Positions 37,523 through 47,359 of a stretch of DNA of 64,000 nt are shown here, in pieces (the stretch's first letter is position 1; every line of letters starts with the position of its first letter). This stretch comes from an uncultured Alphaproteobacteria bacterium. Lineage in GTDB: Bacteria; Pseudomonadota; Alphaproteobacteria; JALCBB01. The notes under the pieces were generated by a model that was not told the DNA's origin, ran no database searches, and worked only from the letters and a program-made list of their open reading frames with translations. The stretch covers positions 1,132,018-1,196,017 of the forward strand of contig OY279575.1 in the NCBI GenBank assembly GCA_958267355.1. The letters are read 5' to 3'. A program made the position numbers and the translations under genes.

Positions 37523-38311
37523 TTATGGTTTGAGTGATTGTCGCACAAGTTCTAGTTCTTCTGCTGTATCCACCGCCAACGGAAAGGACTCTACTGCAAT
37601 CGCGCTAATTTGCATTCCTGCTTCTAGGGCTCGCAACTGCTCTAATCCTTCGCGCTTTTCTAGCGCACTTGGAGTCAGTGCCACAAACTGCGCAAGGGCT
37701 TCGCGTCGCCAAGCATAGACTCCTATGTGGCCGTGGTATGCATTGCCTTCGCCTCCCCTTGTGCTGGCAGGAACGGGTGCGCGCGAAAAGTACGGAACAA
37801 CTTGCGGAACCGAATCCATAGCTACAGAATCCGTAGCTACAGAATCCTTAGCTACAGAGTCAGAAAAAACCACTGCTGCTTTTACAACTGCGGTGTCGGT
37901 GCTTTGCTCTTGGGTGATGGGCGCACAAAGAGTTACAATTTCTGTCTTGGCGTAGGATAGGCTTGCGACGAGTCGGCGCAAATAGTTGGCGGGAAAAAAC
38001 GGCGTATCGCCTTGCAGGTTGATGATCCACTTGTGCTGTCCGTCTGGGTCTAGTTTTTGTGCTGCTGCCCAGACGCGATCGGAACCTGAAGGTAGGTTTG
38101 GATCGGTTAGCACTCCTGTGCCGCCTGCTTGTTCTATGGCTTCAACGAGCTGTTCATCGGCACAGGCGACAGCGACGGGGCCCACTTCGGCTTTAACTGC
38201 CGCTTGCCAGGTGCGGACAATTAACGGCACGCCGCCGATATCGGCGAGCATTTTGTTTGGCAAACGCCCTGAGTTGAGCCGTGCGGGAATAATGACAAGG
38301 AGAGAAGCCAC
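37523..38311 (-). CDS. kdsB: 3-deoxy-manno-octulosonate cytidylyltransferase
   Basis: IPAR..S.RLP.K, SGSDR, NLQGD, YFSR, LEQLRALE. Confidence 0.95.
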   Translation of the reverse strand: MASLLVIIPARLNSGRLPNKMLADIGGVPLIVRTWQAAVKAEVGPVAVACADEQLVEAIEQAGGTGVLTDPNLPSGSDRVWAAAQKLDPDGQHKWIINLQGDTPFFPANYLRRLVASLSYAKTEIVTLCAPITQEQSTDTAVVKAAVVFSDSVAKDSVATDSVAMDSVPQVVPYFSRAPVPASTRGGEGNAYHGHIGVYAWRREALAQFVALTPSALEKREGLEQLRALEAGMQISAIAVESFPLAVDTAEELELVRQSLKP

Positions 38312-38374
38312 TTTGCAATTCGCTTGTTTTACAATTCGCTTGTTTTACAATTCGCTCGTTTTAGAAGCGTGGAT

Positions 38375-39532
38375 TTAAGAAAAGTATTTGCTGAGCAGAG
38401 CGGAATAGATTTCTTGGCAAGCGGCGAGTTCAGCGAGTGGTACGGCTTCATCAATTTGGTGCATTGTTTTGCCGACGAGTCCGAATTCTACGCATGGGGC
38501 TTCTTGCCATAGGAATCGTGCGTCTGATATTCCGCCGCCTGTAGAAATTTCTGCGCTATTGCCTGTTTTGTCTTTGATGACGCTCAGGAGCAGATCCAGA
38601 AAGTCTGACTTGGGCGAAACGAAGGAGTCACCTGAACGATGCACTTTAACTTCACTATCAGGAGCATAGTGCGCCAATAGTTCTTTGACCTTCGTCTCCA
38701 AGGACTCTGCTGTGTGCAACTCGTTATAGCGAAAGTTTAGTACGAGCCAAGCTTCGGGTGGGACAACATTCCAGGCTTGATTGTCTGTGCCGATCCGCGA
38801 GATTTGTACCGTGCTGGGTTCAAAGTGTTCACTCCCTTGGTCTAGCGGTTCGGCAAGCAAAGCGGCGATAAAGTTATTGAGCCGATGAATCGCGTTATCG
38901 GCAAACTGCGGATAGGCTACATGCCCTTGCTGACCGCGAACAGAAATTTCCATATTTAGCGAGCCGCGTCTTCCGATTTTGACTGTATCCCCCAACTGAG
39001 CTACCGAAGTTGGTTCACCGACTAGAAAGTGCGACCAAGTTTCGCCTTCTTGGACAAGTGTTTCCATAACTTTCTTGGTGCCGTTCTGTGCTGCCCCTTC
39101 TTCGTCTCCTGTGAGCAACAGCGACAGCGAGCCGCCTGACAAGCTTTCCTGTTGCAGGAAGCGGGCGACAGCGGCGATGAAACAGGCTACGCCGCCTTTC
39201 ATATCTACGGCTCCGCGTCCGATAAGCATTCCGCCTTGTTCTTCAGCCGCAAAGGGCGGAGAAGACCAAGCCGACTCCGCACCTGCGGGTACGACATCTA
39301 AGTGTCCTGCGTAGCATAGGTGCGGAGTCCCTGTGCCGAGTCGTGCGTATAAGTTATCTACGGCTTCTGCTCCAGTGCCGTAGGGCAAACGGCGGACCGT
39401 GAAGCCCAAGGACTCTAACCACGCGCAGGCAAGTCCTATGGCTGCTCCTTGGTCGGGCGTTACACTTTCAACGCGGATGAGCTGACGCGCCAAGTCAGCT
39501 GCATTGGTAAGCCCTGAAGCTTTGTCAGACAT
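38375..39532 (-). CDS. dapE: Succinyl-diaminopimelate desuccinylase
   Basis: GHLDVVP, GRGAVDMKG, GDEE, GHVAYP, MHQIDE. Confidence 0.95.
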   Translation of the reverse strand: MSDKASGLTNAADLARQLIRVESVTPDQGAAIGLACAWLESLGFTVRRLPYGTGAEAVDNLYARLGTGTPHLCYAGHLDVVPAGAESAWSSPPFAAEEQGGMLIGRGAVDMKGGVACFIAAVARFLQQESLSGGSLSLLLTGDEEGAAQNGTKKVMETLVQEGETWSHFLVGEPTSVAQLGDTVKIGRRGSLNMEISVRGQQGHVAYPQFADNAIHRLNNFIAALLAEPLDQGSEHFEPSTVQISRIGTDNQAWNVVPPEAWLVLNFRYNELHTAESLETKVKELLAHYAPDSEVKVHRSGDSFVSPKSDFLDLLLSVIKDKTGNSAEISTGGGISDARFLWQEAPCVEFGLVGKTMHQIDEAVPLAELAACQEIYSALLSKYFS

Positions 39533-39648
39533 ATTTAGGCCTTGTGGTGGTGCATTTTTGGGGTTTTGCGGAAGTGCATTTTATGGGTTTGGCTATAACA
39601 CACTTTATGCATCGCGTAACAGCTTGCTATGCATCGTGCAACAGTTCG

Positions 39649-40524
39649 TTATGCGTCGCGCAACAGTTCGTTGAGGGAAACTTTGGCGCGGGTTTTTTCG
39701 TCTACTTGTTTGATGATAACTGCACAGTAAAGTGCGGGAGTGGGTTTTCCGTCAGCCCGTGGCTCGGAGGGCAAGGTACCTGGCACGACTACTGAATACG
39801 GCGGAATTTCTCCGTAGGTAATTTCGCCTGTATCGCGGCGGACAATTTTAGTGCTTTTGCCGACAAACACGCCCATAGACAAGACAGCTCCACGGCGGAC
39901 AATTACGCCTTCTACGACTTCTGAGCGGGCGCCAAGAAACACTTCGTCTTCAATAATCACAGGAGCCGCTTGCAAGGGTTCCAACACACCGCCAATTCCT
40001 GCGCCCCCTGAGATGTGGCAATTGGCTCCGACTTGGGCACACGAGCCTACGGTAGCCCAGGTATCAATCATTGTACCGCTACCGACATAGGCTCCGATAT
40101 TGACGAAGCTGGGCATCAAGATAACATCAGGAGCCACATAAGAAGCGTAGCGCACCCAACACCCTGGCACGGCACGAAACCCTGCGGTTTTGAATTCTGT
40201 TTCGCTCCAGCCTGAGAATTTGCTTGGTACTTTGTCCCACCAAGCTGCTGTGCCGCGTTCGGGATGATCCGCTCCGCCTTTCATCAGCACTTCGCCGTGC
40301 AGACGAAACGAGAGCAGAATTGCCATCTTCAGCCAAGCATTCACACGCCAGCCTGACTCAGCGGATTTATCGGGTTCGGCGACACGCAATGTGCCGTCAT
40401 CTATCAGAGCCAAGGCGTGATGTATATCGTTCTGCAGCTCGGGTTCGGAAGCAGGATTCAATTCACTGCGTCTTTCCCAAGCGTCTTCAATTCTTTTCTG
40501 TGCGGCTTGTGTATCAAACGCCAT
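39649..40524 (-). CDS. dapD: Tetrahydrodipicolinate N-succinyltransferase
   Basis: [31 protein letters not shown]; start at ATG 40524. Confidence 0.96.
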   Translation of the reverse strand: MAFDTQAAQKRIEDAWERRSELNPASEPELQNDIHHALALIDDGTLRVAEPDKSAESGWRVNAWLKMAILLSFRLHGEVLMKGGADHPERGTAAWWDKVPSKFSGWSETEFKTAGFRAVPGCWVRYASYVAPDVILMPSFVNIGAYVGSGTMIDTWATVGSCAQVGANCHISGGAGIGGVLEPLQAAPVIIEDEVFLGARSEVVEGVIVRRGAVLSMGVFVGKSTKIVRRDTGEITYGEIPPYSVVVPGTLPSEPRADGKPTPALYCAVIIKQVDEKTRAKVSLNELLRDA

Positions 40525-40643
40525 AAAGACTCTCCTGTGGTTTGTTTGGTGCTTGGTTTTACTTAATGTGTCTTCTGTTCTGCGACAAAACTTAGCTTTT
40601 GTTTCCCGCGACAAGATTTAGCTTTCGTTTCCTGCGACAAGAT

Positions 40644-41372
40644 TTAGCTTTCATTTCCCACGACAAGATTTAACAGCATCTGCAAAGAGTGGTTTAAATC
40701 TTCGCTTTTGTGGTCAGCTGCATTTTCGTAGGCACGGTTGCGTTCAAGGTTTGGACTTCCCGCCCCTTCAATCAGCACAGTTACCATACCCAAAGCTTTT
40801 GCGGGTACTAGATTCACGGCTGAGTCCTCAAACAGAATTACTTCATCGGGCGTGGCGGCGATACGCTTTAGGAATCCATCATAGGCTACTTGTTGTGGTT
40901 TTGGTCTCCAGTTGGTTGCGGCGACATCAAAGATGCAATCTACAAGGTCAAGCAAGTTGAGCTGGCGTAGGACTCGTTCGGCGTGGGCGACAGATGAGTT
41001 GGTGAAGATATGCCGTTTGCCGGGCAGGGCGGCGAGTAGTTTGCGGCGTTCGGCACAGGGTGTGAGTGTTTCTAGCGATACGGCGTGGACCATTCCGAGA
41101 TATTCTTCGGCGACGATTCCGTGGTGTGCGATGAGTCCGCCGAGCGTTGCGCCGTATTTTTTGTGGTATTGGTCGCGCAGGGTTTTTGCTTCGGCGGGAT
41201 TTAATTCTAGGCGATTTTCTACATATTGGGCGATACGGTTGCGCACATCGCGGAAGACTCCAGATTTTGGTTCGTAGAGCGTATCGTCTAGGTCAAAGGC
41301 CCAGTGTCGCACCTGCCCGATCTGGGCGTGCAAAGCGGCGGACAAATCAGCGGACAAGAACTCAACCCTCAC
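40644..41372 (-). CDS. HAD-family pyrimidine 5'-nucleotidase
   Basis: FDLDDTLY, IFTN, PKP, FEDS..NL; adjacent to dapD. Confidence 0.85.
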   Translation of the reverse strand: MRVEFLSADLSAALHAQIGQVRHWAFDLDDTLYEPKSGVFRDVRNRIAQYVENRLELNPAEAKTLRDQYHKKYGATLGGLIAHHGIVAEEYLGMVHAVSLETLTPCAERRKLLAALPGKRHIFTNSSVAHAERVLRQLNLLDLVDCIFDVAATNWRPKPQQVAYDGFLKRIAATPDEVILFEDSAVNLVPAKALGMVTVLIEGAGSPNLERNRAYENAADHKSEDLNHSLQMLLNLVVGNES

Positions 41373-41383
41373 TGTCGGCTTTT

Positions 41384-42388
41384 TTATTTTTTGGCTTCGG
41401 ATTTTTTTGCTTCGGCGGGTTTGGGAGCTGTTTTCGGAGATTTTTGCATCACGGCTTCTAGTCGCACGACAGCGGCTTCTTCGGAGATTTTGTATACGGC
41501 TCCATATTCGCGAGCGAGTCGGCTTAGTGCGTGTTGGTACATCTGCCGTTCGCTGAAGGATTGTTCGGGTTGTGCGGGGTCACGCCATAGTTCGCGTACG
41601 ACTTCTCCGATGGCGATGACATCACCTGATTGGATTTTGTTGGTGTATTCCTGTGCGCGTCGTGACCACATGGTGCGTCGCACTCGTGCTTTTCCTGCCA
41701 GGATTGTCATTACTTTGTTCATCACGCCACGCGAGGCGATGGGGCGTAATCCTGTTTCGCTGGCGCGGTCGAAGGGGATACGCATAATCATTCTATCGCC
41801 TTCAAATGACACGGCGAGTAGTTTGATTTTTTTGTTGTTGATGGTGGCGGTTTCTATTTTGACGACTTGTCCGACTCCGTGGCGTGGATAGACGACTGCG
41901 TCGCGTTCTTTGAAGTCGTATTGCTTAACGGGAGTTGGAGCGGGTGCATCCCCTAGCCTTCCCTTCCCTACGGGAGTTTTTGCCGCTACTTTTGCCGCCA
42001 CTTTTGCTGTGGATTTTTTTGCGGCGGATTTTTTGGCTGAACTTTTTGGGCTTTCTTTTTTTGGCGGGGCTTTTTTACCTACGGACTTTTTACTTGCGGG
42101 TTTTTTAACTGCTGATTTTTTACCTATGGCTTTTTTACCTACGGTTTTTTTATCTGTGGTTTTTTTATCTGTGGTTTTTTTATCTGTGGTTTTTTTATCT
42201 GTGGTTTTTTTATCTGTGGGTTTAGAAGTTTTTTTCTTTGTTGTGGTTTTTTTGGATGCAGTTTTTTTCCCTGCTACTTTTTTAGCTGGACTTTTTTTGG
42301 CAGATTTTTTCTTTGCGCTTCCTGCTTTAGAGCTACCTTTCTTGGCGGAAGTGCGGCTTGCCTTCTTCTTCACTTTTGCGGCGGACAT
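41384..42388 (-). CDS. carD: CarD/CdnL RNA-polymerase-binding regulator with long Lys/Ala-rich N-terminal extension
   Basis: VVYP.HGVG, RRTMWSRRAQEY, SFSERQMY; about 150 aa basic low-complexity N-terminus. Confidence 0.9.
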   Translation of the reverse strand: MSAAKVKKKASRTSAKKGSSKAGSAKKKSAKKSPAKKVAGKKTASKKTTTKKKTSKPTDKKTTDKKTTDKKTTDKKTTDKKTVGKKAIGKKSAVKKPASKKSVGKKAPPKKESPKSSAKKSAAKKSTAKVAAKVAAKTPVGKGRLGDAPAPTPVKQYDFKERDAVVYPRHGVGQVVKIETATINNKKIKLLAVSFEGDRMIMRIPFDRASETGLRPIASRGVMNKVMTILAGKARVRRTMWSRRAQEYTNKIQSGDVIAIGEVVRELWRDPAQPEQSFSERQMYQHALSRLAREYGAVYKISEEAAVVRLEAVMQKSPKTAPKPAEAKKSEAKK

Positions 42389-42729
42389 TATTGGTCTCCT
42401 GTGCCGGGTTCTTGGCTAAAGAATTTGTTGAACTTGTCTTGTTCTTCCATAAAATTGTCGGCGTCGGCGGGCGCGTCTTTTTTGCGGGTGATGTTTGGCC
42501 AGGTTTCGGAGAATTGGCGATTATGTTCCAGCCATTTTTCGGCTTCGGGTTCGGTGTCGGGCAGGATTGCCCGTGGCGGGCACTCGGGTTCACAGACTCC
42601 GCAGTCTATGCACTCGTCTGGATGGATGACAAGCATATTTTCTCCTTCGTAGAAGCAATCTACGGGACAAACCTCCACGCAATCCATATACTTGCAGCGG
42701 ATACAGGCTTCGGTGACGATGTAGGTCAT
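42388..42729 (-). CDS. fdxA: 7Fe-type ferredoxin
   Basis: [26 protein letters not shown]...[12 protein letters not shown]; stop overlaps carD ATG (TAATG). Confidence 0.95.
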   Translation of the reverse strand: MTYIVTEACIRCKYMDCVEVCPVDCFYEGENMLVIHPDECIDCGVCEPECPPRAILPDTEPEAEKWLEHNRQFSETWPNITRKKDAPADADNFMEEQDKFNKFFSQEPGTGDQ

Positions 42730-42899
42730 TGGGCTTCTGGCGGGGGGGATTTGTGAAGGTAGCGTAGGGCTTGCAAAGGCGGTGTGGCTTACTATATCTA
42801 ATTCGTCTAGCAATTGGAATTCACGCCGCTATGGTTTTCTAACATTTGGCTACGGCTTTCTTGGTACTTTCTAAAACGACAGGCTTAGAGACAGGTTTT

Positions 42900-44873
42900 A
42901 TGACTTCTGAACCCGAGACACAAAAGCAAGGTTCTGAACGCCACTCCTTTGGAGCGGAAGTGGGTAGCTTGCTGAACCTTGTTGCTAACTCGCTTTACTC
43001 AAACCGCGATATTTTTCTGCGGGAGTTGGTATCCAATGCTTCTGATGCATGCGAGCGTTTGCGTTGGGAGTCTTTAACCCAGCCTGAGCTACTTGATGAA
43101 AACAGCGAGCTGACCATTGACCTTGAAACGGATCTTGAGCGTGGAGTTTTGATTGTCCGCGACAATGGTATCGGTATGGAGCGTGAAGATTTGATTGCCA
43201 ACTTGGGCAGCATTGCTCGCAGTGGTACGGGGCATTTTCTGCGTACTGTCCGTGAAAATAAAACTGCTGACGTGCCAGAGCTGATTGGCAGGTTTGGTGT
43301 GGGATTTTATTCGGCTTTGATGGTGGCGACTCCGATTGAAGTGCATACCCGTCGTGCAGCGAGCCAGCAGGGATGGTTTTGGCGTAGCACGGGTGGCGAA
43401 GAATATGAAATTGCTCCTGACAAGAACGCGCAGGCTCGTGGCACGGAAATTACTCTACACCTTGCCGAAGATGCGAAAGAATACTTAGAGCAGCCGCGTC
43501 TTGAACATATTTTGCGTGAGTGGTGTGACCATATTGCTTTTCCTGTGCGTTTGAATGGCAGGCGTATTAACAGCGAAGATGCGCTTTGGCGGCGTGACAA
43601 AGGCGATATTCAAGAAGCACAATACGAGTCCTTCTACCGCCACATCTCGGGCAATCTGGATACCCCGTGGCGGCATTTACATATCCGTGGTGAGGGATTG
43701 GTTTCCTTTACTGCCTTGCTCTATGTGCCGACTCTGCGTCCATTTGACTTGTATGATCCTGCTCGTGCGACGCATGTGCGGCTTTATGTGCGGCGTATTT
43801 TTATCTCTGAAGGAAATCACGGGCTTCTGCCGCAATGGTTGCGTTTTATCCGTGGTGTTGTGGATAGCGAAGATTTGCCGCTGAATGTGTCGCGTGAGAC
43901 TCTGCAAGCTGATAAATCTGTGTTGCACTTGCGGGAAGCCCTGACAGGAAGACTCCTACAAGATTGGGAAGCACACGCCGCCCAAGACCCTGCTGACTTT
44001 AACGATTTCTGGGATACCTTCGGTGCGGTTATCAAGGAAGGAATTTATGAAGATGAAAAATTCCGTAGCCGCTTGCTTGCCTTGGCGCGTTTTGCGACGA
44101 CTCACACTTTACAGGCAGACACTGTACAGCCAGACACCTTACAAGCAGACACTGTACAAACAAACACTGTACAAACAAGCGAAGCGACAGAAGATAGGGA
44201 TGCAACCCGCCTGACGAGTCTTGCTGATTATGTGAGTCGCATGCAGGAAGGACAAGAAGCCATTTGGTATGTGACGGGCGATGAAATTTCGCGACTGGCG
44301 AAGAATCCGCGTTTGGAGGGATTAATCGCCCGTGGCGAAGAAGTGCTACTGCTCACGGATGGTATTGACGAATTTTGGCCACAGCTTTTCGGAGTCCATG
44401 GCAGCGATACCTTTATGGGGCATCAACTGCGTTCTGTGAGCGAAGCGACAGCGGAGGCAAACCCTGACCTACCAGAAGACACGAAAGCTTCGGAGGCGAG
44501 TCCGCAGGTGCAAGACTTGGTGCGGCGTCTGAACGACTCCTTATCGGGAGCGGTTAAAGAAGTGCGGGAATCAAAAAGCTTGAATGCAAGTGCTGTCTGT
44601 CTGGTGGCGGGCGAAGGCGATATGGACTTCAACTTAGAGCGTATGTTGCGGCTTAATAACAAGCTTGACACTCCGCCGCTTCGTATCTTGGAGGTTAACC
44701 CGACTCATCCGTTGATTGTCCGCCTTGCTGAATCGCCGCCGCGTGAAGGCGAGTCTTTTAGCAACGCCGCGCATACCTTGCTAGAGCTGGCACGGATTGC
44801 TGAATATGGTGCGCCTTCTGACCCTGTGCGGTTTTCGTCGGCGATTACGGACTTGCTTGGCAAATCGCTTTAG
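42900..44873 (+). CDS. htpG: Molecular chaperone HtpG (Hsp90)
   Basis: LYSN..IFLREL.SNASDA, DNGIGM, IG.FGVGFYS, DLPLNVSRE. Confidence 0.96.
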   Translation: MTSEPETQKQGSERHSFGAEVGSLLNLVANSLYSNRDIFLRELVSNASDACERLRWESLTQPELLDENSELTIDLETDLERGVLIVRDNGIGMEREDLIANLGSIARSGTGHFLRTVRENKTADVPELIGRFGVGFYSALMVATPIEVHTRRAASQQGWFWRSTGGEEYEIAPDKNAQARGTEITLHLAEDAKEYLEQPRLEHILREWCDHIAFPVRLNGRRINSEDALWRRDKGDIQEAQYESFYRHISGNLDTPWRHLHIRGEGLVSFTALLYVPTLRPFDLYDPARATHVRLYVRRIFISEGNHGLLPQWLRFIRGVVDSEDLPLNVSRETLQADKSVLHLREALTGRLLQDWEAHAAQDPADFNDFWDTFGAVIKEGIYEDEKFRSRLLALARFATTHTLQADTVQPDTLQADTVQTNTVQTSEATEDRDATRLTSLADYVSRMQEGQEAIWYVTGDEISRLAKNPRLEGLIARGEEVLLLTDGIDEFWPQLFGVHGSDTFMGHQLRSVSEATAEANPDLPEDTKASEASPQVQDLVRRLNDSLSGAVKEVRESKSLNASAVCLVAGEGDMDFNLERMLRLNNKLDTPPLRILEVNPTHPLIVRLAESPPREGESFSNAAHTLLELARIAEYGAPSDPVRFSSAITDLLGKSL

Positions 44874-44963
44874 CGGCTCAGCGGTTTGCGACTACTTCCC
44901 TTCCTGCGACTAGCGGGTTGCAACTATTCCCTGCGACTAACGAGTCGCAATTTTGTACTACGA

Positions 44964-45860
44964 CTAGCGGGTTGCGATAATCCGTGGAGTGCAGGCGGGG
45001 TCAGCGAGTCCTTTCCGCCGACAAGCGGCAGTCAAAGTATTCACCAGCAGACAGGCGATTGTCATCGGACCAACTCCACCTGGCACGGGCGTAATTGCCC
45101 GTGCTACTTCCTTAGCTTCGTCAAAAGCCACATCGCCGACGATCTTGCCATTGTCTAGGCGATTGATTCCGACATCTATAACAACACCGCCAGGTTTGAT
45201 TTGGTCTCCACCGATAAGCTTGGGGCGACCTGCGGCGACGACCAACAGGTCAGCACGGCGGGTGTGGGCGGAAATATCAGCCGTTGCCGAATGGACTACC
45301 GTCACGGTGGCACGACGCGAGATAAGCAACTGCACCATTGGCTTACCGACAATATTGCTGCGGCCTACGACAACGGATTCAACTCCGTCTATTTTTTCAA
45401 ACTGCCGCTCTGCCATAATCAAGCAGCCAAGCGGAGTGCAAGGCACTAAAGCTTGCAACCCTGTTGCTAATCTTCCTGCATTGACGGGATGAAATCCATC
45501 TACATCTTTTTCGGGCGAGATTGCATTTAGCACTCGTGCTGAGTCAATCTGTGACGGCAGGGGGAGTTGCACTAGAATTCCGTCTACTGCTTCGTCTTTG
45601 TTGAGTCTATCTACAAGGGCGAGCAGTTCGGCTTCTTCGGTTTCGGCGGACAGTCTGTGTTCAAACGACTCCAAGCCTGCTTTTTGTGTGCGCCGTACCT
45701 TGTTGCGGACATAGATTTCACTGGCGGGATCGGCTCCGACTAGAACAGCGGCGAGTCCTGGTGCGCGACCGACTCGTTTTTTGAAGTTAGCGGTTTCTTC
45801 GGCGACTTTTTCGTCCAAGGTGGCGGCGATGGATTTTCCGTCAATTAGTTGTGCTGTCAT
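44964..45860 (-). CDS. folD: Methylene-THF dehydrogenase/cyclohydrolase
   Basis: [32 protein letters not shown]. Confidence 0.97.
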   Translation of the reverse strand: MTAQLIDGKSIAATLDEKVAEETANFKKRVGRAPGLAAVLVGADPASEIYVRNKVRRTQKAGLESFEHRLSAETEEAELLALVDRLNKDEAVDGILVQLPLPSQIDSARVLNAISPEKDVDGFHPVNAGRLATGLQALVPCTPLGCLIMAERQFEKIDGVESVVVGRSNIVGKPMVQLLISRRATVTVVHSATADISAHTRRADLLVVAAGRPKLIGGDQIKPGGVVIDVGINRLDNGKIVGDVAFDEAKEVARAITPVPGGVGPMTIACLLVNTLTAACRRKGLADPACTPRIIATR

Positions 45861-45928
45861 GGGTGTAATCTTTCTGTGTTGGTTTTTTGGTTTGTGGGTT
45901 TTGTTGGCTTGCGAAATGGAAGAAATAG

Positions 45929-46462
45929 TTAGATACGCAAAATTTCTTCTTGTTTTTCACTTCCCCTTTGGTTTTCTGTGGTTTGTCCTGTGGCTTGTCC
46001 TGTGCTTTGCCCTGTGGCTTGTGCACCTTGCGTGGTCTGGGAGGCAAGAGCTGTTGCCAAATCGGTTTTGCTTAGGGCAACGGCTTGGGCGACGAAGCCA
46101 TCTAAGATTTCTGCTAATGATTCTGCGTCTAATCGGGTTAGGGGCAGAGCCATCATCAGCAACGGAGTCCCTGTTTCTTGGCTGATGGCTAGACTGGCTC
46201 CTGCGAGATGTTCTAGGGCGGCGTTTAGGGTGCGACGCAGGGTGGTTTCGTCCCAGTGGGCGGGAGCTTGCAAGGGGGCATAGACGTACAGCCAGCCGCC
46301 AGCGCGAGCTTCTAGCTCCACTTCTACCTGCTCGCTATCCTCGCCAAAGGACAGGCATGCCCGCCCATCTTCTACTGCCAGCTCGTTGAGCGACAGGGTT
46401 TTGGCTAGGGCTTTATAGAGCTCTGTAGCGTGGTTGAAGGTTTCTGGCTCTGATAGTTCCAC
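45929..46462 (-). CDS. Putative class I (CesT/SycN-like) T3SS chaperone
   Basis: Small acidic protein with alpha-beta3-alpha-beta2-alpha pattern, L..N...GASL, C-terminal amphipathic helix (LDGFV..A); T3SS context. Confidence 0.6.
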   Translation of the reverse strand: MELSEPETFNHATELYKALAKTLSLNELAVEDGRACLSFGEDSEQVEVELEARAGGWLYVYAPLQAPAHWDETTLRRTLNAALEHLAGASLAISQETGTPLLMMALPLTRLDAESLAEILDGFVAQAVALSKTDLATALASQTTQGAQATGQSTGQATGQTTENQRGSEKQEEILRI

Positions 46463-46514
46463 GGGTGGTCTTGGAAGGCGTTGTAGGGGGCTTACAAGCC
46501 GCTACAGGCGCAGT

Positions 46515-46922
46515 TTATACAGGAGCTGGCGTACCTGCAAACTCCTGCCTGTCTGGCGATAGGCTAGGTGATTCGCCAGTTGATACGCTAGGTGATTGGC
46601 TAGGCGTAGGTGATTCGCTAGTTGATACGGCTTCTACGGGGGTGCGAGCGGCTACTTCTAGGCGGCGGGCTTCTAGGCGGGCGATGGCGGAGTGGTCTGC
46701 TGGGGTTTCGGCGACAGCTCGCAGTTGGGCGAGTTCTGTGCCTACGCCTTCGGTGGAGCCTTGGCAGAGCCGTGCGTAGACGAAGCCCATTCGGGCTTGG
46801 TGGTCTGTGGTGTCTAGTGTGAGTAGCAGGGCGTAGAGTGGCTCGGCGGTGGCGTGGCGGTTATAGCGCAGGTATGTCCAGGCGAGCTGGCGTAGTAGTG
46901 CGCGGTGTGCGTCCGCCAACAT
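46515..46922 (-). CDS. sctY: YscY-like TPR chaperone
   Basis: LL..LAW.YL......A..L..LL.LD resembles YscY; coupled to upstream YscX-like gene. Confidence 0.6.
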   Translation of the reverse strand: MLADAHRALLRQLAWTYLRYNRHATAEPLYALLLTLDTTDHQARMGFVYARLCQGSTEGVGTELAQLRAVAETPADHSAIARLEARRLEVAARTPVEAVSTSESPTPSQSPSVSTGESPSLSPDRQEFAGTPAPV

Positions 46923-47359
46923 CAGCAGGAAATTAATTGTTTGCGCCGTGACTCGGCATCGGCGGCTAGGTCTTGGGCGTGGGCGATGGAGTCCCGTGCG
47001 GCGGCAAGGACTTGCTGGCTTACTTGTGTGGCTACGCTATCGCTGGATAGATCATCCAGTGCGTTTGTGATTTCGTTGAAGGCTTGGGTTCTGCCTTGAG
47101 GGGTTAGCAGGTTTCGGTGTGCGGGTGGCGGACGCAACAGAGCCAAAACCTGCGGATCCAGATGCGGATTTGCTGACTCAGGAAACGGCGAGCGGACTTC
47201 TGAAGGGCTTGGTAGAAGTGGGCGGTGTTGCCATGGGTTTGCTTTACGAAAGAAAACATCGCGCTCTTCTTCGCGGGCGCGTTGAACTGCGTCTTCTGTG
47301 GCACGGGAGCGGGCACTACCGACTGGCCCTGTTTCTGCTCCTGTGGTGATATCGCTCAT
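46922..47359 (-). CDS. sctX: YscX-like secreted T3SS protein
   Basis: HLD...LA..RP......LL.P motif and C-terminal helix; X-Y gene pair. Confidence 0.55.
   Translation of the reverse strand: MSDITTGAETGPVGSARSRATEDAVQRAREEERDVFFRKANPWQHRPLLPSPSEVRSPFPESANPHLDPQVLALLRPPPAHRNLLTPQGRTQAFNEITNALDDLSSDSVATQVSQQVLAAARDSIAHAQDLAADAESRRKQLISC

Noticed and set aside
41910-42419. Phe/Leu-rich membrane protein on plus strand
   Set aside because: Antisense shadow of the Lys-rich carD N-terminus
45860-45929. Genomic-island boundary for the T3SS
   Set aside because: No att repeat, tRNA, integrase or visible compositional shift
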